Source of the DNA: Acidimicrobiia bacterium
GTDB taxonomy: Bacteria > Actinomycetota > Acidimicrobiia > Spongiisociales > SHLN01
Assembly: GCA_041619515.1 (NCBI GenBank)
Contig: JBFKDW010000016.1
Location: 1-44,959, forward strand
DNA: 44,959 bases
Direction of reading: 5' to 3'
A model generated the notes under the pieces. It saw only the letters and a list, made by a program, of their open reading frames with translations, did no database searches and had not been told where the DNA came from. Of the stretch, positions 1-9,787 are shown one piece after another; within the stretch, counting starts at the first letter, position 1; every line of letters begins with the position of its first letter. Position numbers and translations under genes: made by a program.

Positions 1-156
1 GCGCCGTCTCTCGGTGAACGCAACCACCTCGCCGGTCGTATTGGTAGATCGATGGGTGAGCGTCAGCCCCAGCGGCACCTCGATGGGGGGCGGGATGGCT
101 GCCTTCCGGTCGGCCTCGATGACGTCGTCGAATGCCCAGCGATCGGAGTTGGTCAT
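1..156 (-). CDS. N-terminus of a gene truncated by the window edge, possibly DUF3097 family
   Basis: Read manually: ATG at 156 gives MTNSDRWAFDDVIEADRKAAIPPPIEVPLGLTLTHRSTNTTGEVVAFTERRR, open to the edge. TACGCT lies 7 nt upstream. The family call is only a remembered resemblance. Confidence 0.5.
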   Translation of the reverse strand, partial: MTNSDRWAFDDVIEADRKAAIPPPIEVPLGLTLTHRSTNTTGEVVAFTERRR

Positions 157-220
157 GAACCGGAGCGTATCGGGCCTGATGGCGACGGCAGGTTCTTTTC
201 GTATCCCGGCGGACGCCTGC

Positions 221-3200
221 CTAGCCGTTGTCGGCCAGCCACGCTTGGCCGGCCTCGCAGAACTTGACGAAATCGCAGTGGTGGCAGGCGGCCGAGGGCA
301 TGGGAGCGAACTCCTCACCGTCGATTGCTTCGAGGATGTCATCGATGCGGGCCCGCGCCTGCGTCAGCCAGGCTTCGTCAACCACCTCGGACACCTCCTC
401 CAGGCCGTCACCGAAGTAGGCGAACGTGACGGTGAGCGACTCGGGACGTTCGGTGGCGAGGATCCCCTCGTCGACTGCCACCGCGTATGCCTGCAGTTGG
501 ACGATTCTGGCCGGGTCGGGCCGGGGGCGCCCCGACTTGAAGTCGACCACCTCCCATCCATCGCCGGTTTCGTAGATTGCGTCGATGCGGCCCCGCACGC
601 GCCGGTCGTCCCACGCCAGCCTGAAGGGCACCTCTACCCAGCGAGGTTTCGTCGTCCCGAATCGGGAGCGCTCGAACGTGGCATAGGCGTTGGGCTTTGG
701 CTCGCTCTCATCCGGCGCGAAGTCGTAGGTTTCCGGCTCGGCCAGGTCGAGAGGGATCACGCCACGGTTGTGCAGCTCGATCTTGCGATGTAACTCCACG
801 CCCCGTTTCAGCCAGGAGGCGGGACGGCGGGGAAGCCGATCGATGTCGGACCAGTAGAACCGCTTGGGGCAGGTTGCGTAGGTGACGAGGCCCGACACCG
901 AGGTAACCGTGGTGGAGGAACCGGCATCTGTTTCGGGCTCGGGAAGGCTGCCGAGTACCAGTGACAACTGTTTCACCTCGTCATCGTACGCAGCCCGGTC
1001 GCCGGCGCGGGCTGCCGGCGAACCGGTCTCAGCGACTGCGGCCCAGAGAGCGGCTGCCCATCCGTCGGGGAAGTGTGGATCGGGAGCCGGCCCGGCCGGC
1101 TCGGGCGGGGCTGCGGCCGGCCGCTCGCCCGGCTCCTCACAGACCGAGCGGGCAACCGCGCCGGGAGTAGAGGCGACCAGATCGAACAGGGCGCTCGGCT
1201 TCTTGGGACGCTTCTGGGTGTACCAGTACGCCCCGGTCACGAGCAGCCGATGGCGCGCCCGGGTGGCCGCAACGTAGGCCGTCCGCCACTCCTGATCCTC
1301 GTGTCGTGGGCGCAACGCGTCTTTGCGGGCCTGGTGGTTGGTCGAATCGAGGTGGGGCAGGGAGTCGGCGTCGAGTCGGGCGGAATACGGAAGCGCGCGC
1401 GGGTGGGTGTAGGGGTCATCGAAGCCGCGGAGACGGGCGGGAAAGGTGTCGTTCACTACCGCCGGGAGGAACACCACGTCCCATTCCAATCCCTTGGCCC
1501 GGTGAACGGTGATGAGCGTGACGGCGTCGGCCCTGGCGACCCGCGCCAGGTCGAGCTCCTCCGGAGCCGCTTCGTCGAGCAGGTTCGCCAGGTACTCGAG
1601 GAAGGCGGTGAGCGATGGGCGCCCTTCGAGCGGGCTCCACGACTCGGCGAGATCGAGGAAGCGATACAGGTTGAGCCGGGCCGATCGGGCTGCGGCTTCC
1701 TCCAACGCGTCGACCTCGACCCACACCCCCAGTCGAGTGAGGAGGCGGCGGCACAGCTCGACCAGCGTGACTCCCTGGGCGTGCTCAACCAGCTCTGCAT
1801 AGAGCGGGCGAAATCGGCTGAGGGCCTCGGAGGCTTCCGGCCGGGTGAGCTCCGGCACCTCGAATGCGGCTTCCAGCAGGGAGAATCCCGGGGACTCCTC
1901 GACGTCGTCGTCCCCTGCCCGGCCTGCCTCGGACCGGCGCACCCATTCGGCCAGTGGGACGAGGTCGCCGAGGCCGAGCTGGTAGTGGGCGCCGAGCATG
2001 ATCCGCAGGAATGCGGGCCCGTCGGAGGGGTCATCCAGGATGCGAAGCCACGCCCACAGGTCGCTCACCTCCGGCACGTGAAGCAGGCCTCCGAGGCTCA
2101 CAACCTGCGCCGGAATCCCGGCGGCCGCCAGCACGCTGCGCACCAGCGGGATCTGCGCGTTCTTGCGAAAGATGACCGCCATCTCGCCCCACGGGGTGCC
2201 GGATGCCTCGGCTTCCAGGATGGTATCTGTGATCCATTGTGCCTCGTCGACGGCGGTCCGGAACCACCCGTATCCCACTTCGCCCGGGCCGGCGTCGTCG
2301 GTGGCAACGAGATCGTTTTCGCCCGTCCGCCGACTGATGTTGCCGGCAATGGCGTTTGCGACTTCCAGTATTCGCTTGTCGGAGCGACGATTGAGGGTCA
2401 GGGGCAGGGTCGGCGCCGGGCCGGCGTCTGCGGTCGGGAAATGGGAAGGGAACCCGTCGAAGTTTTCGAGCGAGGCGCCCCTCCATTCGTAGATCGTCTG
2501 GTCGGCGTCGCCCACCGCCGTCACCGGGAACCCGTCGCCGAATACGAGACGCAGCAGCTCCCGTTGGGCCGGATTCGTGTCCTGGTACTCGTCGAGCAGC
2601 ACCACCTGATACCGGGACCGAAGGTGGGCCACCACCCCCGGGACCTCACTGAGCAGGCGATGGGCGAGCACGAGGAGGTCGCCGTAGTCGACTGCTCCCA
2701 GGTCGCGTTTGAGTGCTTCGTAGCGCTCGAGCGCTTCCAACAACTCGGCCCGTCTCTCGCCCACCTCCCCGACCTGGCGCGGGTGGCCGCCCGGCCGTCT
2801 CAGGTTTTCGGCCAGCTGGTTGTTCAGTGCCGCCATCTCCTCGACGCGCTGGCCGGCTGCGGCCACGTCGATGGCGGCATAGGTCCCCGAGCCCAGCGCG
2901 TCTCGCATCAGCTGGCGGACGAATCCGGGAGTGATGAGCCGGGCGGTGCGCTCCACGCCGACATGAGCCCCGAATTCAGTGAGGATTCCGTGGGCGAATC
3001 CGTGGTACGTGGTTATGTCGATGGGCTCGGGAGTGGAGCGCAGCGCCTCGATGCGTTCCGCCAGCTCATGCGACGCTTTGTTCGTGAAGGTGATACCGAG
3101 TGCGGCATCCACCTGGCCGGACGTGAGCAGGTGGCTGAGCCGCAGCGCCATGGTGGTGGTCTTGCCGGTGCCCGCTCCGGCGTCCACCCGCAGCGGCTGG

Positions 3201-3253
3201 AGGGGATAGTTGATGATGGCTTGCTGCTCGGGGCTGGGCTGAACGTGGTTCAT
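221..3253 (-). CDS. AdnB-like ATP-dependent helicase-nuclease (UvrD/REP motor plus C-terminal PD-(D/E)XK nuclease)
   Basis: Walker A AGAGTGKT, DEYQD, VGDADQTIY, TVHRAKGLEW, YVAATRAR; C-terminal GRIDAI..VVDFKSG and CPKR...CHHC....C. Start placed at ATG 3253, which overlaps the upstream stop (ATGA). Confidence 0.9.
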   Translation of the reverse strand: MNHVQPSPEQQAIINYPLQPLRVDAGAGTGKTTTMALRLSHLLTSGQVDAALGITFTNKASHELAERIEALRSTPEPIDITTYHGFAHGILTEFGAHVGVERTARLITPGFVRQLMRDALGSGTYAAIDVAAAGQRVEEMAALNNQLAENLRRPGGHPRQVGEVGERRAELLEALERYEALKRDLGAVDYGDLLVLAHRLLSEVPGVVAHLRSRYQVVLLDEYQDTNPAQRELLRLVFGDGFPVTAVGDADQTIYEWRGASLENFDGFPSHFPTADAGPAPTLPLTLNRRSDKRILEVANAIAGNISRRTGENDLVATDDAGPGEVGYGWFRTAVDEAQWITDTILEAEASGTPWGEMAVIFRKNAQIPLVRSVLAAAGIPAQVVSLGGLLHVPEVSDLWAWLRILDDPSDGPAFLRIMLGAHYQLGLGDLVPLAEWVRRSEAGRAGDDDVEESPGFSLLEAAFEVPELTRPEASEALSRFRPLYAELVEHAQGVTLVELCRRLLTRLGVWVEVDALEEAAARSARLNLYRFLDLAESWSPLEGRPSLTAFLEYLANLLDEAAPEELDLARVARADAVTLITVHRAKGLEWDVVFLPAVVNDTFPARLRGFDDPYTHPRALPYSARLDADSLPHLDSTNHQARKDALRPRHEDQEWRTAYVAATRARHRLLVTGAYWYTQKRPKKPSALFDLVASTPGAVARSVCEEPGERPAAAPPEPAGPAPDPHFPDGWAAALWAAVAETGSPAARAGDRAAYDDEVKQLSLVLGSLPEPETDAGSSTTVTSVSGLVTYATCPKRFYWSDIDRLPRRPASWLKRGVELHRKIELHNRGVIPLDLAEPETYDFAPDESEPKPNAYATFERSRFGTTKPRWVEVPFRLAWDDRRVRGRIDAIYETGDGWEVVDFKSGRPRPDPARIVQLQAYAVAVDEGILATERPESLTVTFAYFGDGLEEVSEVVDEAWLTQARARIDDILEAIDGEEFAPMPSAACHHCDFVKFCEAGQAWLADNG

Positions 3254-6207
3254 GACTGGTAGGCGCGGCCGCCCTTCGGCCAGGCAGGACAGACGAGTTG
3301 CACGGGGCACCGGTCGCAACTCTCGGTTGGGTTGGGCTCCCAGTGCTCCTCCGCGATCCCGGCTGCTACGTCGCCCAACCGCTGCTCCACGTCCCGCAGA
3401 TTGCCGGGATCGAAAGCAATGACCGGAACCGACTTGCCGGTGTGAATGGCGACCATCCAGAGCTCGGCGGCGTTTGGCAGTCCGTGCTCGGTGATGCGCG
3501 TGTCGGCTCGCGCCGCCAACAGATAGAACCCGAGCTGCAACGAGGCGCCCGTCTCATCACGGGTCGGCCGGGACCGGCTGGTCTTGTAGTCGACGATCCG
3601 GACCAAGCCATCCTCGACCTCGATACGGTCGGCGATTCCCCGCCACGGGACGCCGTCGACTTCGAGGCTGAGCTCATGCTCGAGGGCAAGGGGCGTCGCG
3701 ACGGGCTTGGGCCAGTTCTCGTAGGTGAATTCGAGCGTAGCTTCGGCCCGCCGCCGCCAGGCGTCGGCCCACGGCTGATAACCAAACGGGCCCGGGTCCC
3801 ACAGCTCATCGAGGTAGTCGTGAGCTTCGGCCGCCGTTCCATGTGAATCGCCCCGGGCCATCGCCGCCCGCTCGGTCAACTCCAGGACCTCATGAATGAG
3901 CGAACCGAACGCCAGATACACCGACCGGTCGGTGCGCACCCGCAAGCGCCGTTCGATGGCGTACCGCCGGGGACAGGCTTCGTAGGAGCCCGCCTGGCTC
4001 GGCGACAGGAGTAGCTCCGACGGGGCGAGGCCCGTGTCGGGCCCCGCCGGGCGCAGCCCGGCGAACTGGGCCGGTGGGCGCAACCGCCAGGCCGGTCCCT
4101 GGGCCAGGCAGGTGATGGCCGCCAGGCGCCGGGGCTCGGACTGGGCGGGGTCGGCGGCGATGCGTCGCAACCACGCTTCGGCCTGGCCGGTCGTGACCGG
4201 CAGCGGATCGCCGCCGGGCGGGGGGCCCGGATCGTCTCCGGCCAGATGCATCAGCAGGGGGCTGGGTGCTCCCTGGCCCTCGTCGAGGCCGGCGGTGGTG
4301 GCGGTCCACACCACCCGCAGCCGGGCGCGAGTCATGGCGGTGTAGGCGAGACGGGTTTCCTCCTGTAGCCGGAAGCGGCGGTACTCGTTGGGGTCCTGCG
4401 GCAGGTGGGCGGAGAGATGACGGGTGCCGATCAGCGACTCACGGGACCGCAGGTCGGGAAAAACGCCATCGACGGCGTCGGCGATGAACACAACCTCGAA
4501 CTCGAGCCCCTTCGACTGGTGGAGGGTGGTGACCGTGAGGCGGTCGGCCCCGGTGTCCTGGAAGTCGAGCAGGGGCTGGGCCTCGAACGTTTCCTCGTCC
4601 GACCAGCGGATGAAATCGCGCAGCGAGGCCGACCGGTCCCGGTGGTGGAGGCGCTCGAGCACCTGCGAGAACGAGCGCCAGGCGGCTCGCTCCTCAGCGC
4701 GCTCGGGATCCAGCACGAGCCGTACGAACTGGGGGAGAACGCTCCAGAGGTGCCAGAAGCCACCGGCCGCCGGCTCGTCCTCGGCCCAGGCGGTGTCGCG
4801 CAGCAAGGCCGCCAGCGGGCCGCCATCGGGCACGTCGTGCTCGATCACATCGGCCCACGGCCGGGCCTGCCCCGCCCGGCTGCGTTCCAGGGAGCGGAGC
4901 TGTCCGACCGGGAGGCGAAACAAGGGCCCGAGCAACAGCCGGCGGATGGCCTGGTCGATTTCCGGGTCGTCGCCGGTGGCGGCGCCGACACAGTCGAACA
5001 CAGCTCGTACCGCAGGATGGTCGGACAACCGGGAGTCGGGTTGAGCATGCGGTATGCCGCGGCGTTCGAGAGCGCGTGACAGGCCCGGCAGGAACCGCCG
5101 CTTGGAACGGACGAAGACGGCCATCGACTGGTAGGGGAGCCCGTCGGCATGGAGCCGCTGTATCTCGTCGGCGATCCATTCGGCTTCCTGGGTGGCCTGT
5201 TCGAAGACAAAGGTCTCCACCGCCCCAGCGCCGTCGGCCGGGATGACGGCACCGGCCGCCCCCGGCAATTCCAGGCCCTGGGTCAGCTTCACGGCCGCAT
5301 CGAGGATCTCGGCGGGCGCCCGGAATGAGGTGGTGAGCACCCGGCGGGCGGCCGCCGTCCCATCGGGCGCCGCGAACGCGGTGGGAAAATCGGCCACGTT
5401 CCCGAGGTCGGCACCCCGGAAGCTATAGATGGATTGGTAGGGGTCGGCTGCGACGGTGAGATGGGAGCCGCCTGCGGCCAGTTCTTGGAGCAGTCGCGCC
5501 TGAGCGACCGTGGTGTCCTGATACTCGTCGACGAGCACGTACCTGTAGCGATCGGCCACGCTGAGGAGCGTCGGTTCGTGCGACAGCGCCGTGACGGCCA
5601 GGGCCTGAAGCGTCCCGTAGTCGATCCGGTGCTCGGCGAGCACCGCGGAACGGTAGGCGCTCATGAACGCCGGGAGGGCCTGCCAGTCGCTGCGCCCGAA
5701 CCCTGCCAGCTGCTCGGGGCCGATCAATAGTTCGCTGCAGCGCAGCAGGAAGTCACTGACCTCCTCGGCGAACGTGGTGGTTCCGAGCAGTCCGCGAAAC
5801 AACACCGGCCAGCCGGACGGGTCCTCGTTCGCCAGCATCGACCTGACCCTGAGCACGTACTCGAGGGACGTAAGCAGGGCGGGCATCTGCCGCCAGCCGA
5901 GGCTGTCGCCCCCGTGGGTTTCGAGCAGGCGAAAGGAGAAGGAGTGGAAGGTCGAGGCGTCCAGCCCGGCGCCTCCACCTGCGATCGAGCCCTCGATGCG
6001 GTCTTTGAGCCCCGCCGATCCGCGGCGGGAAAAACTGAGGAGCAGCACCTGGTCGGGGGTGGCGATCCCGTGTTCGATGAGGTGCACGGCGCGCCGAACC
6101 AGAAACTCGGTCTTGCCGGTCCCGGGCCCGCCGACGATGAGCTGCCGCCCGTCCGTATCCCCGACGGCCGAGTCCCATTCGCCCGGATCGATCCGCTCTT
6201 CAACCAC
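3250..6207 (-). CDS. AdnA-like ATP-dependent helicase-nuclease (UvrD motor plus PD-(D/E)XK nuclease)
   Basis: GGPGTGKT, DEYQD, ADPYQSIY, TLHQSKGLEF, YTAMTRAR; C-terminal GIADRI..IVDYKT and CPRR...CDRC....C. GTG 6207 chosen because TACCGT is 6 nt upstream; ATG 6222 is an alternative. Confidence 0.88.
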   Translation of the reverse strand: MVEERIDPGEWDSAVGDTDGRQLIVGGPGTGKTEFLVRRAVHLIEHGIATPDQVLLLSFSRRGSAGLKDRIEGSIAGGGAGLDASTFHSFSFRLLETHGGDSLGWRQMPALLTSLEYVLRVRSMLANEDPSGWPVLFRGLLGTTTFAEEVSDFLLRCSELLIGPEQLAGFGRSDWQALPAFMSAYRSAVLAEHRIDYGTLQALAVTALSHEPTLLSVADRYRYVLVDEYQDTTVAQARLLQELAAGGSHLTVAADPYQSIYSFRGADLGNVADFPTAFAAPDGTAAARRVLTTSFRAPAEILDAAVKLTQGLELPGAAGAVIPADGAGAVETFVFEQATQEAEWIADEIQRLHADGLPYQSMAVFVRSKRRFLPGLSRALERRGIPHAQPDSRLSDHPAVRAVFDCVGAATGDDPEIDQAIRRLLLGPLFRLPVGQLRSLERSRAGQARPWADVIEHDVPDGGPLAALLRDTAWAEDEPAAGGFWHLWSVLPQFVRLVLDPERAEERAAWRSFSQVLERLHHRDRSASLRDFIRWSDEETFEAQPLLDFQDTGADRLTVTTLHQSKGLEFEVVFIADAVDGVFPDLRSRESLIGTRHLSAHLPQDPNEYRRFRLQEETRLAYTAMTRARLRVVWTATTAGLDEGQGAPSPLLMHLAGDDPGPPPGGDPLPVTTGQAEAWLRRIAADPAQSEPRRLAAITCLAQGPAWRLRPPAQFAGLRPAGPDTGLAPSELLLSPSQAGSYEACPRRYAIERRLRVRTDRSVYLAFGSLIHEVLELTERAAMARGDSHGTAAEAHDYLDELWDPGPFGYQPWADAWRRRAEATLEFTYENWPKPVATPLALEHELSLEVDGVPWRGIADRIEVEDGLVRIVDYKTSRSRPTRDETGASLQLGFYLLAARADTRITEHGLPNAAELWMVAIHTGKSVPVIAFDPGNLRDVEQRLGDVAAGIAEEHWEPNPTESCDRCPVQLVCPAWPKGGRAYQS

Positions 6208-6253
6208 GGCTACACGGTACATCCCGGGTGTGACGGGAAAGTCGCCGCCGGTT

Positions 6254-6697
6254 CTAGAGGGCGAGGGTCGGCTGGTGCGGGCGGGTCGACCCGTCGGCCA
6301 GGATATGAACAACGGTAAAGCCGGCGTCCGCGAATGGTGCCGCCAGGGCGGTCGCACGGTGGCAGTGTGCCGGCTCCAACTCGGCACACAGGAGGGCGCT
6401 GAGCGCACCGCGCGCCAGCCCGGTCGCCTCGGTGATGCCGGCCCGGAGCACGGCAGGATCTTCGACCGGGGCATGCTCGGCCGGTGGCAGCGCCTTACCG
6501 CCAAGATGATCGCCCAGCCACCGGTACGAGATCCCGGCTGCGACGAGCTCGGCTTCGAGGTGGTTGCGGTTGTACTGGGGGGCGCGGCCCGAATAGGGCT
6601 GCGACCGCACGTCGAGCACGGTGCGGACCCGGTGGGCGCTCAGCCTGCGCAGCAGGTCATCGAATGGCAATGCTCCGTGGCCGATCGTGAACAGCAT
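6254..6697 (-). CDS. DUF488 family protein
   Basis: LFTIGHG, LDVRSQPYS, YRWLGDHLGG and LLCAE....CHR motifs typical of DUF488. Confidence 0.85.
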   Translation of the reverse strand: MLFTIGHGALPFDDLLRRLSAHRVRTVLDVRSQPYSGRAPQYNRNHLEAELVAAGISYRWLGDHLGGKALPPAEHAPVEDPAVLRAGITEATGLARGALSALLCAELEPAHCHRATALAAPFADAGFTVVHILADGSTRPHQPTLAL

Positions 6698-6750
6698 GCG
6701 TCCGTCTCCACAAGTTCGGTCCCGTTAGATTGGCACCCCGAGGAGGAGAT

Positions 6751-8034
6751 ATGGCGGATCGATTCGGAGACGGCGGACTTGGCGAGCTCGAGTCGCCCCT
6801 CTATCGCGAAGCGCTTGCTCAACTTGACCGGGTGGCCGGCGTCATGGGGCTCGACGAGAACATCCATGCCCGGCTGCGGGTTCCTCAGCGGGCCACCGTC
6901 ACGACCTTCCCGTTCCGCCGTGAGGGCTATTACGAGGTGGAAACCGTGTTTGCCTACCGGGTCCAGCACGTGCTCACGATGGGTCCGACCAAAGGTGGCA
7001 TCCGCTACGCCCCGGACGTGAACCTCGGAGAGGTTGCCGCCCTGGCGATGCTGATGACGTGGAAGACGTCGCTGATGGGACTTCCATTCGGAGGAGCCAA
7101 AGGCGGGGTCCGGGTCGATCCAACGGTGCTGACCCGTCCGGAACTCCAGCGTCTCACCAGGCGGTACACCGCTGAACTGATCAAGGTCATCGGACCCGAC
7201 ACCGACATCCCCGCGCCGGACATGGGGACCAACGAACAGGTCATGGCCTGGATCATGGACACCTACTCACAGCATGTCGGCCACGCAGAGCCGGGGGTGG
7301 TGACGGGCAAACCCCCGGAGCTGGGAGGATCGATTGCCCGACGGGAGGCCACCGGTCGCGGTCTGGTGAGCTTGCTTCCCTCTGCCGCCGCCCAGCGCGG
7401 ATTCGAGGTCGAAGGCTCCCGCATCGTCGTCCACGGCTTCGGCAACGTCGGCCAGTACGCGGCCCTGAGCGCCCACGAGATGGGAGCACTCGTGGTGGCA
7501 GTGTCCGACGTGACCGGCGGCATCTACAACCCGCGGGGCCTTGACATCCCCAAGGTGCAGGAGTGGGTGATCGAGAACGGAAACCTCGCCGGATACCCCG
7601 AGGTCGACCGGGTGACGAACGACGAGCTGTTCACGCTCGAATGCGACATCCTGATACCGGCTGCGGTGGGAGGCGTGATCACCGCCGAGAACGCCGACAG
7701 GGTCACCGCCCGGATCATCGCTGAGGGCGCCAACGGGCCCACCACGCTGGGGGCGGACAACATCCTGCGAGACCGCAACATCTTCATCATCCCCGACATC
7801 CTCGCCAACGCCGGGGGGGTGACCGTCTCCTACTTCGAATGGGTGCAGGACCTCCAGAACTACTTCTGGTCTGAGGGCGAGATCGTGGCACGACTGCGCG
7901 AGATCATGGGACGTGCGTTTCAAGACGTGCTCCACATCTCGATCAACGAGGGACACGACATGCGGACCGCGGCCTTGGTGAAGGGAATCCGGCGGGTCGC
8001 GCAGGCCAAGCTCGTCCGCGGCGTGTACCCGTAG
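6751..8034 (+). CDS. gdhA: Glu/Leu/Phe/Val dehydrogenase (glutamate dehydrogenase)
   Basis: GPTKGGIRY, LPFGGAKGG, DIPAPDMGT, GFGNVG, EGANGP, NAGGVTVSYFEW; SD AGGAGGA before ATG 6751. Confidence 0.9.
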   Translation: MADRFGDGGLGELESPLYREALAQLDRVAGVMGLDENIHARLRVPQRATVTTFPFRREGYYEVETVFAYRVQHVLTMGPTKGGIRYAPDVNLGEVAALAMLMTWKTSLMGLPFGGAKGGVRVDPTVLTRPELQRLTRRYTAELIKVIGPDTDIPAPDMGTNEQVMAWIMDTYSQHVGHAEPGVVTGKPPELGGSIARREATGRGLVSLLPSAAAQRGFEVEGSRIVVHGFGNVGQYAALSAHEMGALVVAVSDVTGGIYNPRGLDIPKVQEWVIENGNLAGYPEVDRVTNDELFTLECDILIPAAVGGVITAENADRVTARIIAEGANGPTTLGADNILRDRNIFIIPDILANAGGVTVSYFEWVQDLQNYFWSEGEIVARLREIMGRAFQDVLHISINEGHDMRTAALVKGIRRVAQAKLVRGVYP

Positions 8035-8048
8035 CTATCCTCGGCGTC

Positions 8049-8474
8049 ATGGAAGATCTGGAGTTCCCGGCCCCATCCGAGGGCTTCGTAGTGACCCATT
8101 TCCTGGTTTCCGACGACGTCCCGGCGTCGGTCGATTTCTACGTAGGCATCCTCGGTGGCCGGGCCGTGATGGAGGGCGCGCCTTCCATCGTGAAACTGGC
8201 GAACACCTGGATCATCATCAATGAGGGGGGCGGGCCAACCGACGACAAGCCGACCGTCGTTCTGGACGTTCCCGGTGATCCGGATCGGGTGAGCGCCTTC
8301 CTCAACATCAGGGTTGCCGACATCCACCAGGCGTACGACGAGTGGTCGTCCAAGGGGGCGACGTTCTTGACCGCCCCCATCGACCGCGGCGCCGAGATAC
8401 GGTGTTACCTGCGTGATCCCGCCGGGCATCTCATCGAGGTTGGCCAGGCAACCGGAGCGATGCCGGCGGACTGA
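8049..8474 (+). CDS. VOC/glyoxalase family protein
   Basis: THFLVSDDVPASVDFY ... RVADIHQAY ... YLRDPAGHLIEV. Confidence 0.85.
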   Translation: MEDLEFPAPSEGFVVTHFLVSDDVPASVDFYVGILGGRAVMEGAPSIVKLANTWIIINEGGGPTDDKPTVVLDVPGDPDRVSAFLNIRVADIHQAYDEWSSKGATFLTAPIDRGAEIRCYLRDPAGHLIEVGQATGAMPAD

Positions 8475-8475
8475 T

Positions 8476-8519
8476 CGTGCCTGCCGACAGAGCCGCCCCC
8501 GTGCCTGCCGACAGAGCCG
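8476..8519. repeat. Perfect 20-nt direct repeat, 2 copies, 24-nt period
   Basis: CGTGCCTGCCGACAGAGCCG at 8476-8495 and 8500-8519, intergenic. Confidence 0.9.
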
Positions 8520-8553
8520 GCGGCGGGGCGGAAGCCGGTAGGCTCTCCCGCCG

Positions 8554-9240
8554 ATGGATGGAGCGTTTCTCCTCGTGCACAGCCCGCTGCTCGGGCCGTC
8601 TTCGCTCTCAGAGCTCGCGCGTCGGGCTGCGTCCCGCGGGGTGCACGCAGCTGCCCCCGACCTGACCGGGTCCGCAGCCACCGAGGGGGGAAGGGCGTAC
8701 GCCGAGACGGCGGCGGCGGCCGCAGCCGACCTGCCCGACCGGGTCGTGGTGATCGGACACTCGGGCGCGGGCGCCTTTCTCCCGAACATCGGGCACCTAC
8801 TCGGCGACCGCTTGGCCGCTCTGCTCTTCGTGGACGCGGTCGTGCCGCCGCCGTCCGGCGCCCACCGGACGCCGGCACGCCTCGGTCTCCTGCTCGACGA
8901 GCAGACCGTTGACGGGATGCTTCTCCCGTGGATCGACTGGTGGCCGGAGGAAGCGCTCGGCGAGATCCTCCCAGATGCCGCCGACCGCGACCTCCTGCGG
9001 GCCGACCTGCCCCGGCTGCCCCGGTCGTTCTATGACCAGGATGTTCCCGTCCCGAAAGGCTGGTCCGACTGGGCAAGCGCATATCTCCGTTTGAGCAGCG
9101 CCTACCACGCCGAGTTCGAGGAGGCAGGAAGGCGCGGCTGGCCACGGGGCTCGATCGAAGGGACTCATCTCAGCATGCACACACATCCCGACCGGGTTCT
9201 GGGCGCGATCGAGCCCTTGCTCGGCGAGCTTGGCTTGTGA
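8554..9240 (+). CDS. Alpha/beta hydrolase fold protein
   Basis: LLVHSPLLG start, nucleophile elbow GHSGAG, LLFVDA, C-terminal GTHL. Confidence 0.8.
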   Translation: MDGAFLLVHSPLLGPSSLSELARRAASRGVHAAAPDLTGSAATEGGRAYAETAAAAAADLPDRVVVIGHSGAGAFLPNIGHLLGDRLAALLFVDAVVPPPSGAHRTPARLGLLLDEQTVDGMLLPWIDWWPEEALGEILPDAADRDLLRADLPRLPRSFYDQDVPVPKGWSDWASAYLRLSSAYHAEFEEAGRRGWPRGSIEGTHLSMHTHPDRVLGAIEPLLGELGL

Positions 9241-9289
9241 TCGTCCGGGCGATTCGTCTCGACCGCGACCCCTGCCGGGGGTCAGCCGG

Positions 9290-9676
9290 CTACGCCTCCC
9301 AGGCGCTCCCGTCGTCGGCGGCAACCTCCCGGAAGCGCACGATCTTGTCATCGGCGAAGTCGAAGACGTGGACGGTGAGGCCGCCCGCCGGTTTCCCAGT
9401 GGCTTTCACCTTGTAGCGAGTGGTCAGCACCGACACGACACGATCACCTTCGGCAAGCACCGATTCCAGGTCGAAGCCCTCGAATTCTGTGAGCTCGATT
9501 GTCCCCATGTACTCGGTGAAACCGGTCAGGCCTTGGTAGTGGCCCCCAAACGGGTTCCCTTCGTAGTTGGTGATCTCGACATCCTCAGACATCAGCGAAA
9601 CCATCGGCTGGATGTCTTCCTGCAGGAACGCCTCGTAGGCGGCACGAACGGCCTTCGCATTCTCGGCTGCTCCCAT
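9290..9676 (-). CDS. NTF2-like/SnoaL-like protein
   Basis: ENAKAVRAAYEAF, EGDRVV, VHVFDFADDKIVRFRE; G-rich SD before ATG 9676. Confidence 0.8.
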   Translation of the reverse strand: MGAAENAKAVRAAYEAFLQEDIQPMVSLMSEDVEITNYEGNPFGGHYQGLTGFTEYMGTIELTEFEGFDLESVLAEGDRVVSVLTTRYKVKATGKPAGGLTVHVFDFADDKIVRFREVAADDGSAWEA

Positions 9677-9787
9677 TGCCAACACCCCCTTTTGCCTCGA
9701 CGCCCAGGTTGGGCATCGGTTCTGAGAATGCTAGATGACGGTTGAGGGGTGTGGTGAGGGGTAGCCGGGGATTTGTTGTGGTCGAAG

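Noticed and set aside
1073..3262. Long antisense ORFs (1073-3262, 31280-32743, 42535-43947, 13897-14841 and similar)
   Set aside because: Shadow frames opposite well-supported genes, expected with high-GC codon usage.
8476..8519. CRISPR array
   Set aside because: Only two copies, a 4-nt spacer and no cas genes; the Cas4-like nuclease has no cas1/cas2 neighbours.
9690..9787. G-rich intergenic stretch and small hairpin upstream of the SnoaL gene as a riboswitch or third RNA
   Set aside because: Short, only one small stem (gccca/tgggc), no canonical tetraloops; consistent with an ordinary promoter and leader.
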